DNA of 64,000 nucleotides from the human T2T-CHM13v2.0 reference genome, Homo sapiens. Position 1 is the stretch's first letter. Each line of letters begins with the position of its first letter. The position numbers and the translations under genes were made by a program. The notes under the pieces are model-generated. The model did no database searches. It was not told the origin of the DNA and saw only the letters and a list, made by a program, of their open reading frames with translations. This document shows, in pieces, positions 42,081-55,698 of this stretch. The stretch lies in assembly GCF_009914755.1 (NCBI RefSeq), contig NC_060932.1, one strand, 5' to 3'.

Positions 42081-43481
42081 TACTGGTGTGGATCATATTG
42101 TTTCAATATAGCTGTCAAAATAGAGTGATGTGGTCTTAACTGATGGATGAACTTATTGCTCAGTTAATACTGTGTTCAGAGAAGACTAATGAGAAAGAAC
42201 AATCAAGTATGTAGGCATTTTTTCACTAAATATAGGTCAAACATATTGTGTGAGATAATACGGTTATCAGATCATCTAAATTCAAAGTCTGTGGCTTAAC
42301 CAAAGTAGTAAAAACTGTTTGAAACTTTTGATATTACCTTGTATGTTATCAGTCAACATATTCTTTTTGCCAACTTTTCAGTTACTGACAAAGTGCCTTA
42401 AAAATGGAAATTTGTTTCTTAGAGAAAAATTCTGGTTGAATGTTACAGTTCATAGACAAAGGTCATGACATCCACAAGAAGCAAATTTAGTCTGTTACAA
42501 TTTTCCCATTTACTCACATACTGATCTGAAAGTTTTAAGACATGTAGTAAAGGTAAACAAAAAATACCATGTATTTTGGCCAAACCATACTGCTTAATCT
42601 TTAAAATTAACACTTGAGGTTTGACTTAAATCATCCTGAATATGGTTTCTGAGCCTAATACCTATGCATTTTTTCCATATTTCAGCTTCATGCTGATATC
42701 TGGCAACACCCCTGGGTGTGGAAGCTCAGAGAATGCTAGAGAACAAAGAGCTCTAAGTCATGTCCAATCAGGCTGCCCATAGGGCTGCACCCAGGAGGGA
42801 ACAAATCCAAACCAAAGGTCCCTACTTCTAGAAACGCAATTCAAACACAAGCATATTCCTAAAAGGAAGAAACCTATGCTCTCATGTTAGTAATTAAGAT
42901 GAAGATTAAGAGCCAGAGAAACTGATTAATCAAGACTTCCATCTGGAAGGTCTCCAGCAGGTGGGAAGTAGGAAGGTAAAGCCAAGCGTTGATAGGAAGC
43001 AAATAGATGGTTAATGATGTGTGAGTCGATAAAACACCTAGTTTGGGACTAATCTCACCATCTCTTATCATTTTTGTTTTCATGCCAAACAGGTGTGTGG
43101 AAATCTCAAGAGTGAAAGGTTGCCCAGTTAATCTAAGCGGCTAGAAAATTAAAATTATAATCTTCCAAGGGAAACGCTAAGCAGCCAAAATACAATCTGT
43201 GCATCTTTCTTTATTGAGGGTGACAAGTGACCTGGATTTTTCCTTGAACAATTGAGACTGATTACTTTGATTCTACACATTAATTTTATGGCATCTACTT
43301 GACTGACAGTTACATATTTAGAATGAAAATGGAGTAATCTAATTACCTGTTTTTATATTAAATGTTTTGCTTTATTACCACAGACATACTTGAACTGGTA
43401 GAGTAATCTTAAATAGACTTTTCTTTATATTTTTTTGGCCAGGATAGATGGTAGATGGTTATACACTGTAAACAAACTTTT

Positions 43482-43612
43482 ATTTATTTTTCTTTTACAG
43501 ATGGGCCCTCATTATGTTGCCCAGGCTGACCTGCAACTCTGGGCTCAAGTGGTCCTCCCAACTTAGCCTCCTGAGTAGCTGAGACTAATAGTGTGTGTTA
43601 CCACACCTGGCT
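43482..43612 (-). mobile_element. Alu monomer (FLAM)
   Basis: tatgttgcccaggctg...ccacacctggc; TSD aacaaactttt. Confidence 0.85.
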
Positions 43613-44040
43613 CAACAAACTTTTGACTAAGATAATTCAATTAAACCAAGACTTTTCTTCTGAACCTTACAAGAAAATGTGTATTTTTCACTACTTTTTA
43701 CATTCACTTATATCCTTAGAAATCCTCATCATTCTGGAAGACTTAATCATTCAATGCCATGTAAGATTTTATTCTATATGCATGCCTTAGGCTTGAGAGA
43801 TGCCATAAAATTAATGTGCAGAATCAAAGTGTATGCCAAAAAATTAGAATCACCAAAGCACCATGTTAAAAGTGGAAATTCAAATTCTATCACACATCCT
43901 TCCACAGATCTGCTGGAGATGGAACTAAAAAAATTTCCAATTTAAATAAGGACCTGATGTAATCTTTATACACACCTTTAAAATCTGAGACCCATTGTTA
44001 TAGACATTATAGCAAAAGTTCAATAAGAGGACTCCTAATT

Positions 44041-44345
<305 letters not shown>

Positions 44346-46409
44346 ACTCTAATTTTAAAGCACTGTTGTTTATACACACTACACTAAAAACAGCTATATA
44401 AAAAAACAGCATAATACGGTCAGTGAAAACGCTGGTCTTACAGTCATGGAACATAAATCATGTGAGACTCAGTGACTCTATAACCTTAGACATGTCTTTT
44501 AATTCTCTAACCATTAGTTTAGCTATCTGCTTCACTGAAGGGTTAAGTCTTGTTTTTTCTGAATCTTAACATGCCAGAATTCTAGAATCAGTACTACAGT
44601 ATAATCAATCCTTAGAACTCCATAATTAATATGGGATACAGAAAACTTTTATCTTGATGTTTAATAGTTACATATAAATGTGTATTTATTACTACTGCTA
44701 TTTTAAAATGTTTAATTTGTATTTATAGTAATTTGGAAGTGGGAAAAATTTTAACAACAGCTAGCTAGCCTGAGTATTAAATCATAAAAGTGATGGGAGA
44801 AAATTTCTCATTTACACATTAAATGAATATCCATTGCTTTGTACAAGGAGAAAGAAAATAAATTCTTTAAAATCTGTTTTGTATATTAACATCTGGATAC
44901 TTCAGATGTAAGAGAAAACAACTGTCAATTTTAAAATATCCTTGGTGATCTTCTTAATATGACTTTTAAAATTCCATACTTCAAAAGAACCAAGAAAATC
45001 ATATTTTAAATATTTCACAATCTTATTTTAATATCTCTCTATTACACATTGATCAAACCCTGTAAAATTCATCCTGATGGAAAATAATTGAGATACTCAT
45101 CACATGCATTGTCTGGGCTTCTTGAGAATGGAAAAGCTTTCAACTATTTAAAGCAGACCCACTTAAAACTATTTGCTAATACTACTAACAGGAAAACAGA
45201 TGTGTAGGCATCCAAATAACTCTTGGATATGCAAAATGTCTTTTGGAAATTGTTTGCAGATCGCTGGCAGCCACATATGACAAATACACGCTTTTAGTAT
45301 CACACTCCCTAGGGCGTCATTAGAACTTTTCTGAAAGTGTCTAGTCCATTATCATAGAAACACAAAGTTGGACCCTGGCCCTCCTCCTTAGTAGTCCATC
45401 AGCTGCAGCCATAATAAAAAAAATCAATGAAATCACTTCTCTGTGACTTGAAAAAGGTAATACTAGGTTTTCTCTGACATAGGTGACATGATAAAGAACA
45501 TTTGTATAGATTTTAAGAAGAGTTGCCTCTCACTGAAAGTCACAAATACACACACTTGTAGGCATTAGCCACAGTACCGACTTCTCTGAGTCATTTGTAC
45601 TTCTCATCAGGAATTGAGCTGGTTATTCTAGCTCAAAACAGTACTATCTTGACACTCAAATTTAAACGTATTCTTCTATATTACGTCCACCATGAGAGTT
45701 GTGTATTTCACCTTCAATATTCATATTTTTGTAGTATACAGTTTGTAGTGATAATTTTGTAGTATAATCAGCATAACAGTTGCTTAGAAACGGGTCTCAT
45801 TGTTTTTATTTTTTTCATTTATATTAGCAGAAATAAGATTTATTCAGGAAAAACAAAGTCATGTAGTGTAAACTGTGGTATCGAATTTTCCTATTTTGTA
45901 TTTGGCTTAAATGGTAGGCATACCTCTTCATCAGGGAATGGTAGAACATCAACAGAACACGTTTATTGTACGTCAAAGTAAAAAAATTACACTTTACTGT
46001 ATTATATTATCCTCAAGGTTAATTGATTTATGACGATTTGACGAGTTCAGCACAATTTAAGTTACAAAATTGACACAAGAAGTTCCAGCAACCCACACAA
46101 TAATCGGACCATTAAACAATCTACAGATGCTCCATCTTTTTATATATGAGTGTCCACTTAATAAAACAGTATCATTTATTCACAAATCACATTACAGTAG
46201 TTTCTACAGCCGGGTTCTTTTATGGGTCCTTGGGATATAGCAGTGTGTACAAGAAGCAAGAAAGACCTCATTCTCATGAACAATACCTGCTAGTGGGGGA
46301 AACAGGAGAAACATTAAAAGGAACCAAATTAATTGAATGATACATCTAAATAGACTTCCCTGCTGAAAGAAAATAAGACAGAGGGATGGAGAGTGATACG
46401 GCAGTTGAT

Positions 46410-46758
<349 letters not shown>

Positions 46759-46938
46759 TGAGGACACATATGAGCCGGGAATTCAGTGACAGAAAAGAGC
46801 TATTCATGTGATGAGAGCAGAAAGAATAGCAAATTCTATAGTACTAAAGTCCTGAGTTAAAGGGAGACAAGGGTATCCCACACACAGGGAGAAGGAAGTG
46901 TCTCTGGAGCCCAGTAAGCTAGGATGCTATGAGAAGAG

Positions 46939-47279
46939 TGATATGGTTCAGTTCTTTGTCCCCACCTTGAACTGAAATAATCCCCATGTGTCAAGGGAAG
47001 GATCAGGTGAAGATAATTGAATCATGGGGGCAGTTTCCCCCATACTGTTCTCTTGATAGTGAGTTGTCTCAAGTTCTGATGGTTTTATGAGGAGCTTTCC
47101 CCTTCGCTCTGACCCATTCTCTCTCCTGCCACCCTGTCAAGAGGTACCTTCTGTCATGTTTGTATGTTTCCCAAAGGCTCCCCAGCCCTGCAGAACTGTG
47201 AATCAATTTAACCTCTTTTCTTTATAAATTACCCAGTCTCGGGTATTTGTTCATAGCAATGTGAGAACTGACTAGTACA
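46939..47279 (+). mobile_element. THE1C/D-like MaLR solo LTR
   Basis: tgatatggtt...gataattgaatcatggggg...ttataaattacccagtctcggg...gactagtaca; flanks aagag/aggag. Confidence 0.93.
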
Positions 47280-47389
47280 AGGAGCCACAGTGTTACCTTC
47301 ATTTCACCCAAAACGAATGCACTCTATATTGTGAAGTCAGGAAAAATTTTAATGCTTCTATGTTGACTGTATTTGGAGAAAACATTTTA

Positions 47390-47691
<302 letters not shown>

Positions 47692-48351
47692 AAGAAAACA
47701 TTTTAACTGGATAACATTTCATCTATGCATTTCAGATGCATAGTTTCTTTTTGTTTCTTAATAGGTTTTCATTTGTATCTTTTCCTTGTAATGATCAATT
47801 ATTCAATCATTTGAATGTATTTGAATTCGTAGTTTTACTTAAATGAAAATAAAATTAAGATTCCTCACAAATATGAGGGTTTCAGATTTTTTTTTATGGA
47901 AAAGAAATATACCCTCTGAACATTCTTGCAATTGTTTTCTGTTACCCAAGCATCATTCACTCAGCCAAAAGCCCATTGACCTTTACCCCCACACCTGAAG
48001 GGACCAAGCAGTGTGCTAAAGTAACACAGTCGTGGCTCATAGTTTCAAAACTTTACGATTTTCAATGAATTGCAGTCGAGGAGTTGCCAAATCAAACAAA
48101 ATGCATCTTTATTCCTATAAATTCAACAAGTTATGTTCCCGGTAAAACTCAGCCAAAAGTTCCACTCCTTCCTAAATCAGGCTGATTTTCAACAAGGATC
48201 AAGCCTTTTCAAGAAGCAGTTTACTTTGTCACCTAAATTTCAAATTGATGAACCCAGTTCACGAAAATGAGCAGTTCTGTGTTTTGAACAACAAAAATGT
48301 CCCCAAGATACGCCATCAAACTGTGCCTTATTTAATCCATACGAGAAGTAG

Positions 48352-48680
48352 TTTCTTTTTTATTTTTACTTATTTATTTATTTTTTTTGAGATGGAGTCT
48401 TGCCCTGTACCGCAGGCTGGAGTGCAATGACGCAATCTCGGCTCACTGCAATGTCTACCTCCAGGTTCAAGCAATTCTCCTGCCTCAGCCTCCCAAGAAA
48501 CTGAGATTACAGGTGTGCACAACCACGCCCAGCTAACTTTTGGTAATTTTTTTTTTTTTCAGTAGAGATGGGGTTTCACCATATTGGCCAGGCTGGTCTT
48601 GAACTCCTGACCTCAAGTGATCCACCTGCCTCCATCTCCCAAAGTGCTGAGATGATAGGAATGATCCACTGCTCCTAGCC
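48352..48680 (-). mobile_element. AluS
   Basis: Full antisense dimer; imperfect TSD agaa(g/a)tagttt. Confidence 0.92.
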
Positions 48681-48952
48681 AAGAAATAGTTTATTGAAAT
48701 TCATGATTGTCTATGAAAGCAGGAATAATATAATTTATCTACCAAAGGAGACACTTGTGAGATGAAAAGGAGGCTTTATCGACAAATATGGCAGGACTGT
48801 GGGCATAAACGTATCAACCATCCCTGGCAAACCAGAACATGTAATGCTTCCACCTATGAAGCACAGGCCTGAGAAGCCTTAGAAAATTATATCTTATTTC
48901 TTCCCAGATAAAAACGAATGAAATATTTTACAAATTGTAAATATCTTTTTAA

Positions 48953-49277
<325 letters not shown>

Positions 49278-49400
49278 TTATTTTATTTTTTGAGATGGGA
49301 GGTCTCACTGTGTTGCCCAAGCTTGTCTTTAACTCCAGGCACAAGTGCTCCTCCTGCCTCAGCGTCCTGAATAGGTGTGACTATAGACATGCATCGCTGG
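49278..49400 (-). mobile_element. Alu monomer (FLAM)
   Basis: gagatgggaggtctcactgtgttgcccaagct; outer TSD aaa(t/c)tgtaaa(t/c)atcttt near 48932 and 49408 encloses both elements. Confidence 0.8.
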
Positions 49401-49759
49401 GATCCATAAACTGTAAACATCTTTCTTGAAGCTACAAACTGTTTGGGCCACTGTTACGTAAAGCCCATAAGTCTTGTACCCTACCGACAGTTTCACCAAC
49501 TTCATAACGTGTATAAATAATTACTCTAATGCACATACTTGTAATATTTACTCTAATGTAGAATGCCTTTATAATCTTATATATTTACTCTAATGCAAAA
49601 AGACTTAGAGAATAGAACCAAACTCTTTACCTGCAGTAGCTTGAGCATAAAAACAACCTTCTAATGGTAATATAAAAGGCTGAGGCAACCGCAACTATAG
49701 TCAGTGCACCTCCACTTAAAACATTTATTGCTGAGTGTGAAAAAAAAATCCCATTGCTA

Positions 49760-50029
49760 GGATGGGCATGGTTGCTCAAGCCTGTTGTCCTAGCACTTTG
49801 GGAGGCCAAGATGGGAGGATTAGTTGAATGCCAGGAGTTTGAGACAAGCTTGCACAACAAAGTGAAACCCCATCTCTACAAAAATAAAAATTAAAAAAAA
49901 TCAGTCGGGGCAATGTTGACTGCCTGTAGTACCAGCTACTGAGGCGAGAGAATCTCCTGAGCCCAGGAGTTTGATTACACCAATACATTACTGTCTACGC
50001 GACAGAGTGAGAGCTTATAAAAAAAAAAA
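49760..50029 (+). mobile_element. AluJ with right-arm deletion
   Basis: gatgggaggattagttgaatgccaggagtttgag; TSD ccattgctag at 49751-49760 and 50206-50215 encloses the microsatellite. Confidence 0.88.
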
Positions 50030-50205
50030 TATATATATATATACACGTATATGTGTGTGTATATATATATACGTGTATATATATATACGTGTATATATAT
50101 ATATACGTGTGTATATATATATATACGTGTGTATATATATATATATATACGTGTGTGTATAGATATATATATACTTGTGTGTATATATATATATACATAC
50201 ATACA
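50029..50205. repeat. (TA)n/TACGTG compound microsatellite
   Basis: Direct reading; source of the YIYI-type ORFs. Confidence 0.95.
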
Positions 50206-51039
50206 CCATTGCTAGAAAAACAGGAACTGGGTATTGCTCTAGCAAAAGTGACAGGTAAAATCTTCTCTCCTTACCTGGCTAACCTTGGGAATTAAACTGG
50301 TGTTGTAAGCTTTAACTCACGACTTGGAAACCTGTCTATAGCCTTGAATATGAAGTACTGATTCTTTATGTAAAAGTAACAGCCCCACATTAAAAAGCAG
50401 AGCAGGAAAGGAGGTAAGAAAACAGATGTTGTAAAAGGAAATTAAAGGAAAAAGGAGGAAGAAAAGACAGAAAGGAGTGAAAAAGAAAGAAGAAAAAATG
50501 AGAAAGGAAAAAAGGAAAACTGAAACAAGTTTAAAGCTACAATGTGCATATTCTTCCTTACATTTTTATTACTCTGTTCACCTCTTTGGTAATTATGTTA
50601 GATGCAATTAGAATCAGAATCCCACAGAACTAAAAGAAAATCATACAGATCTTCTGAAATATCCCAGACCCAAACAAATTTTGACCCGCCTAGTATCACA
50701 CAGCTAGAAAAGGTGGCAAAGTTAGTTACAAACTCATGTCTCCTAACTCTTTTGCTCCACAATTTACAGAAGAATGCTTCGTATTTACAATATGCTAGTA
50801 AGTATATCTTATAAAATGTCAAATTGGAGGTTTTCTGCTAAATTCCAGTTTCACCTTTATAAATGCTTTACTTGTTTTGAGGTTTCCAAGAGTACCTATT
50901 TCTGAAATACCTGTTCTGCCTTTTTTTTCTGGCTTTTAAGTTTAATAAATCTTTTCTCTCTCCTACAGAAATAATATAAATTGTGGTACTCAATAAATAC
51001 TTGATCAAATACATGAATGAATAAAAAAGTAGTGCCTCA

Positions 51040-51346
51040 GTTCGGGTGCCATGGCTCACGCCTGTAATCCCAGCACTTTGGGAGGCCGATGAGGGCGGAT
51101 CACCTGAGGTCAGGAGTTCAAGACCAGCCCGGCCAACATGGCGAAATCCTGTCTCTACTTAAATACAAAAATTAGCCGGGGGTGGTGGTGGGTGCCTGTA
51201 ATCCCAGCTACTCCGGAGGCTAAGGCAGGAGAATCACTTGAACCTGGGAGACGGAGGTTGTACTGAGCCGAGATCCCACCACTGTACTCCAGCCTGAGTG
51301 ACAGAGCGAGACTCCGTCTCAAAAAAACAAACAAACAACAAAAAAC
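51040..51346 (+). mobile_element. AluS (Sx/Sq-like)
   Basis: Full dimer; TSD agtagtgcctc. Confidence 0.95.
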
Positions 51347-52961
51347 AGTAGTGCCTCTGCAGGTTTTATTAAACCATGGTTTTTCAAATTGTTACTGTGT
51401 AGAGAAAACACATCTCAGAAGCAATAGGTAAAGCCAAATAAGAGAGGAATTAATCGTGTAGTCTTTGTGATTGGCCTTGTGTCTTCAATAATAAGACATT
51501 GAACATAAAAATAGAGCAACCAAATATATATGTAAAAAAATACTAAAATGGAAATTACATCAGAAATAAACAAGGGGCTGGGCCATCACAACTGATCCCC
51601 CACTGTGACCAATTATATGCCCATAAACTCGATAATTTAGATGAAATCGACAAATTCTTGGAAAAAATACTTTACCAAAACTCACACATGGAGGAATACA
51701 TCCTTTGAATAAAGAACTGAAATCAAATAATAGCTTCCCCAAAATGGAAAGCTCAAGGGCCAGTAGTTTCACTGGTGAAATCTATGAAACATTTGATGAA
51801 GAAATGATACCAATTCACTACCGGCTCTGCAAAAAATAATTGAAGAGGAGGAAACACTTCTCATAACTAACTCATTCTATGAGGCCAGCATTACCCTAAT
51901 ACTAAAACCTGGAAAGACTTTACAAAAAAGAGAAAATTACACCAATATCTCTCTAAAAATTCTCAGTAAAATATTAGCAAATTGAATCCAACAATGTATA
52001 AAAATGTTGTACACCACAACCAAGTGAAATTTATTTCATATATGTAAGACTGGTTCAACATTGAAAAATAAATTAATGTAATCTATCACATTAACAGGCT
52101 AAAGAGGAAAAATTACATGATCATATCAATAAATGCAGAAAAAGCATTTGAAAAAAATTCAACATACTTTCATGATAAAAACTCTCAGCAAAATTAGGAA
52201 TAAAAGGGAACTTCCCTGACAAAAAAAAGTCTACAAAAATACCTAGAGCCAATATCCTACTTTAATGTTCAAAAAAAGAGATAATTTTTCCCAAAACAGT
52301 AACAAAACAAAGATGTCTTTTCTTACCACTTCTAGTCAACATTGTACCAAAAGTCATAGCTAATCCAACAAGACAAGAAAAGGAAATTAAAGATATACAG
52401 ACAGAAAAGAAAGAAATAAGACCCTTGTATTTTCAGATGACTTGATTGTCTATGCAGAAAATTGCAAAACCTGAAAACAAAATTTCCTGGAACTGTTAAG
52501 TAATTATAGCAAGGTTGCAGGATACAAAGTTAATATATAAAAGTCCATTTATTTTTTATATTTCAGCACCAAAAAAATGTAATTTGAAATTAAAAACATA
52601 ACACTATTTATATTATTACACACACATCAAAGAAAATTTAGCTATAAATCTAATGCAATATGTATGAAACAGATATGAGGAAAACCGCAAAATACTGATG
52701 AAAGAAATCAAAGAATATCTAAATAAATAGAGAGTTAATCCATGTTCATGAATAGGAAGACTCAATATTAAGAAGTTAGTTTTTCCCAACTTTATCTGTA
52801 GATTCAACACAATCTCCATGAAATCACCAGTGGATTATTTTGTAGACATTAACAAATTCAAATGTTTATTTGAAAAGGTAAAAGACTCAGAATAGCCAAC
52901 ACAATACTGAAGGAAAATAAAGTTGAAGGACAGACACTACTTAACTTCAAGACTTACTGTA

Positions 52962-53249
52962 GGCCAAATGTGGTGGCTCACTACTATAATCCTGGCATTT
53001 TGGGAGGCCAAACACGGAGAATCACTTAACCCCAGAAATTCAAGTCCGGCCTGGGCAATGAAGTGAGACCCTGTCTCTACAATAATTAAAAATAAAAAAA
53101 TTAGTTGGGCATGGTGGCGCACACCTATGGTCCCAACTACACAGGAGGATTGCTTGAGCCCAGGAGATTGAGGCTGCAGTGAACCATGACTGCATTACTG
53201 CACTGTAGCCCAGCTGACAGAGTGAGACCATGTCTCAAAAAAAAAAAAA
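52962..53249 (+). mobile_element. AluJ
   Basis: gattgcttgagcccaggagattgaggctgcagtga. Confidence 0.9.
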
Positions 53250-53909
53250 TACTCTTTACCCAACTTGTTTACCATTTGTAATAAAAAACAAATGGTGATA
53301 GAACAAAACATCCACATGCAAAATTGAATCTAGACATACGACTTATACTTTTCATACATATTAACTCGAATCGTAGACCTAACGTAAAACTCAAGACTAT
53401 GAGACATCTAAAAAATAATACAGGAAAAGCTCCAGGTGACCTTGAGATTGGGGATAACTTTTGAACACACCAAATGTATAATCCATGAAATTTAAAAAAT
53501 TGTTGTAATTAAAATTTACAACTTCTGCTTTGTAATAGACACTGGTAAAGGAATGAAAAGAAAAGTCAAAGACTGGGAGAAAACATTTTAAAACTCATGT
53601 CTGATAAAAGACTTCAATATATACAACTCAATTCAAAATATTAAAAGTAAACAACAAGAAAACAAACAACCTAACTGAGAAATAGGCAAAAAACATGAAA
53701 AGATGTTACCAAAGAAGACACAGATGGCAAATAAGCATAGGATAAAATACTCCATAACAGATGTCACTAGGAAATTGCAAATTAAAACAACATGAGATAC
53801 CTCTATTAGAATGGCTATAACTGAAAATACTGACACCATCAAATGCTGGTGAAGTGGAACAATAGAAATTCTCATTCACTGCTAGAGGGAATGAAAATTG
53901 GTAAAAATC

Positions 53910-54196
53910 GGCCAGGAGCGGTGGCTCACGCATGTAATCCCAGCACTTTGCGAGGATGAGGCAGGCAGATACTTGAAGTCAGGCATTTGAGACCAGCCTG
54001 GAAAACATGGTGGAATCCCATCTCTACTAAAAATATAAAAATTAGCTGGGCATGGTCGTGCACACCTGCAGTCCCAGCTACTCGCTGAAGCAGGAGAATT
54101 GCTTGAACCGGGGAGGCGGAGGTTGCAGTGAGCCGAGATTGTGACACTGCACTCCAGCCTGAGCAACAGAGCAAGACTGTCTAAAAAGAAAAAGAA
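53910..54196 (+). mobile_element. AluS-like
   Basis: Dimer; TSD attggtaaaa. Confidence 0.92.
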
Positions 54197-55378
54197 TATT
54201 GGTAAAATTACTTTGGAAGAGAGTTTGGCAGTTTTCTACAGAGCTAAACTTAGGCCTACCATCTGATCCAGCAATCACACCTCTAGCCTACCATCTGATC
54301 CAGCAATCACACTCCTATATATATGCCAAAATTAAATGAAAATTTATGTCCACACAAAAACCTGCACAACAGTATTTATAGCAGCTTTATTCATAATTGC
54401 CAAAACTTACAAACAACCAAGGTGTCCTTCAGTAGGTGCATACAAACTGTGGTATATCCATACAATTAAATATTTTTCAGTAATAACAAATTAGCTTCCA
54501 AGCCATGGAAGGTCATGGAGGAACCTTCAATGCAGATTTGCTAAGTGTTTCCAACTATATGGCATTCTGGAAAAGGTAAAACTATGTGGAGAATAAAAAG
54601 GTAAGTGGGTTGCTAGGGGTTGAGGGGTGGAAGGAGATATAAATAGATAGAAAATATGAGTTTTTAGGGCAGTGAAACTAACCTGTATGATACTGTAATA
54701 ATGAATAAATGACATTATGCATTTGTCAAAACCCATTGAATGTAGAACACAAAAAAGGAACTATAGTGTAAACTATAGACTTTTGTTTGTAATGATGTAT
54801 CCATATTGGTTTATGAAATATAACAAGCGTACCACGCTAATGCATGATATTAATACTAGGAGAAACTGGGAACATGGAGGGACAGCAGGGTATAGGAGAC
54901 CTCACTCAACTACTGCACACTTTTTCTATAAATCTAATAATGTTCCAAAATATTCTATTGTAAAAAAATTATAAAATGTTTATATTGGTAAAAGGCACCA
55001 ATTTGTGTATGGAGATTATTAAAACTTTCATTAAAGTGAACATTATTTATATAGAATCTCTACTTTTTCTCAAGTCTTACATTTCTAATGAATCTTATCA
55101 TCTAATTTAAACCACTGTTAATAGAGCAACACTTACCAGGAACTCTTTAGTCCAAGACTGTGAGTAGATTCTACTAACACAAAGCAATATAAATCATATT
55201 CCTTACACTAAGGAATTTACTATTTTTCTGTGCATATAGGACATAAATGTAATTATTACATAACAATATAATGTAATATAAATAGAACACATATATTAAG
55301 TAACAAAACAATGTCATGTATGGTGAGTTTCATAAGGAGAGATCGAAGAGTCCAGAAATAATAGAGAAATGACAGTCA

Positions 55379-55698
<320 letters not shown>

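Larger units (their letters stand above)
51510..54975 (+). mobile_element. L1MC-like element (decayed ORF2 plus 3'UTR), interrupted by two Alus
   Basis: RT-region motifs (cattctatgaggccagcattaccctaatac, catgatcatatcaataaatgcagaaaaagcatttg, gatgacttgattgtctat) and an L1MC2-like 3'UTR (catttgtcaaaacccattgaatg). Confidence 0.9.

Noticed and set aside
49521-49595. Repeat-spacer pattern as CRISPR-like
   Set aside because: Only three 11-bp units with uneven spacers, eukaryotic context, no cas genes
49971-50295. Stack of Tyr/Ile-rich ORFs
   Set aside because: Translations of the (TA)n microsatellite
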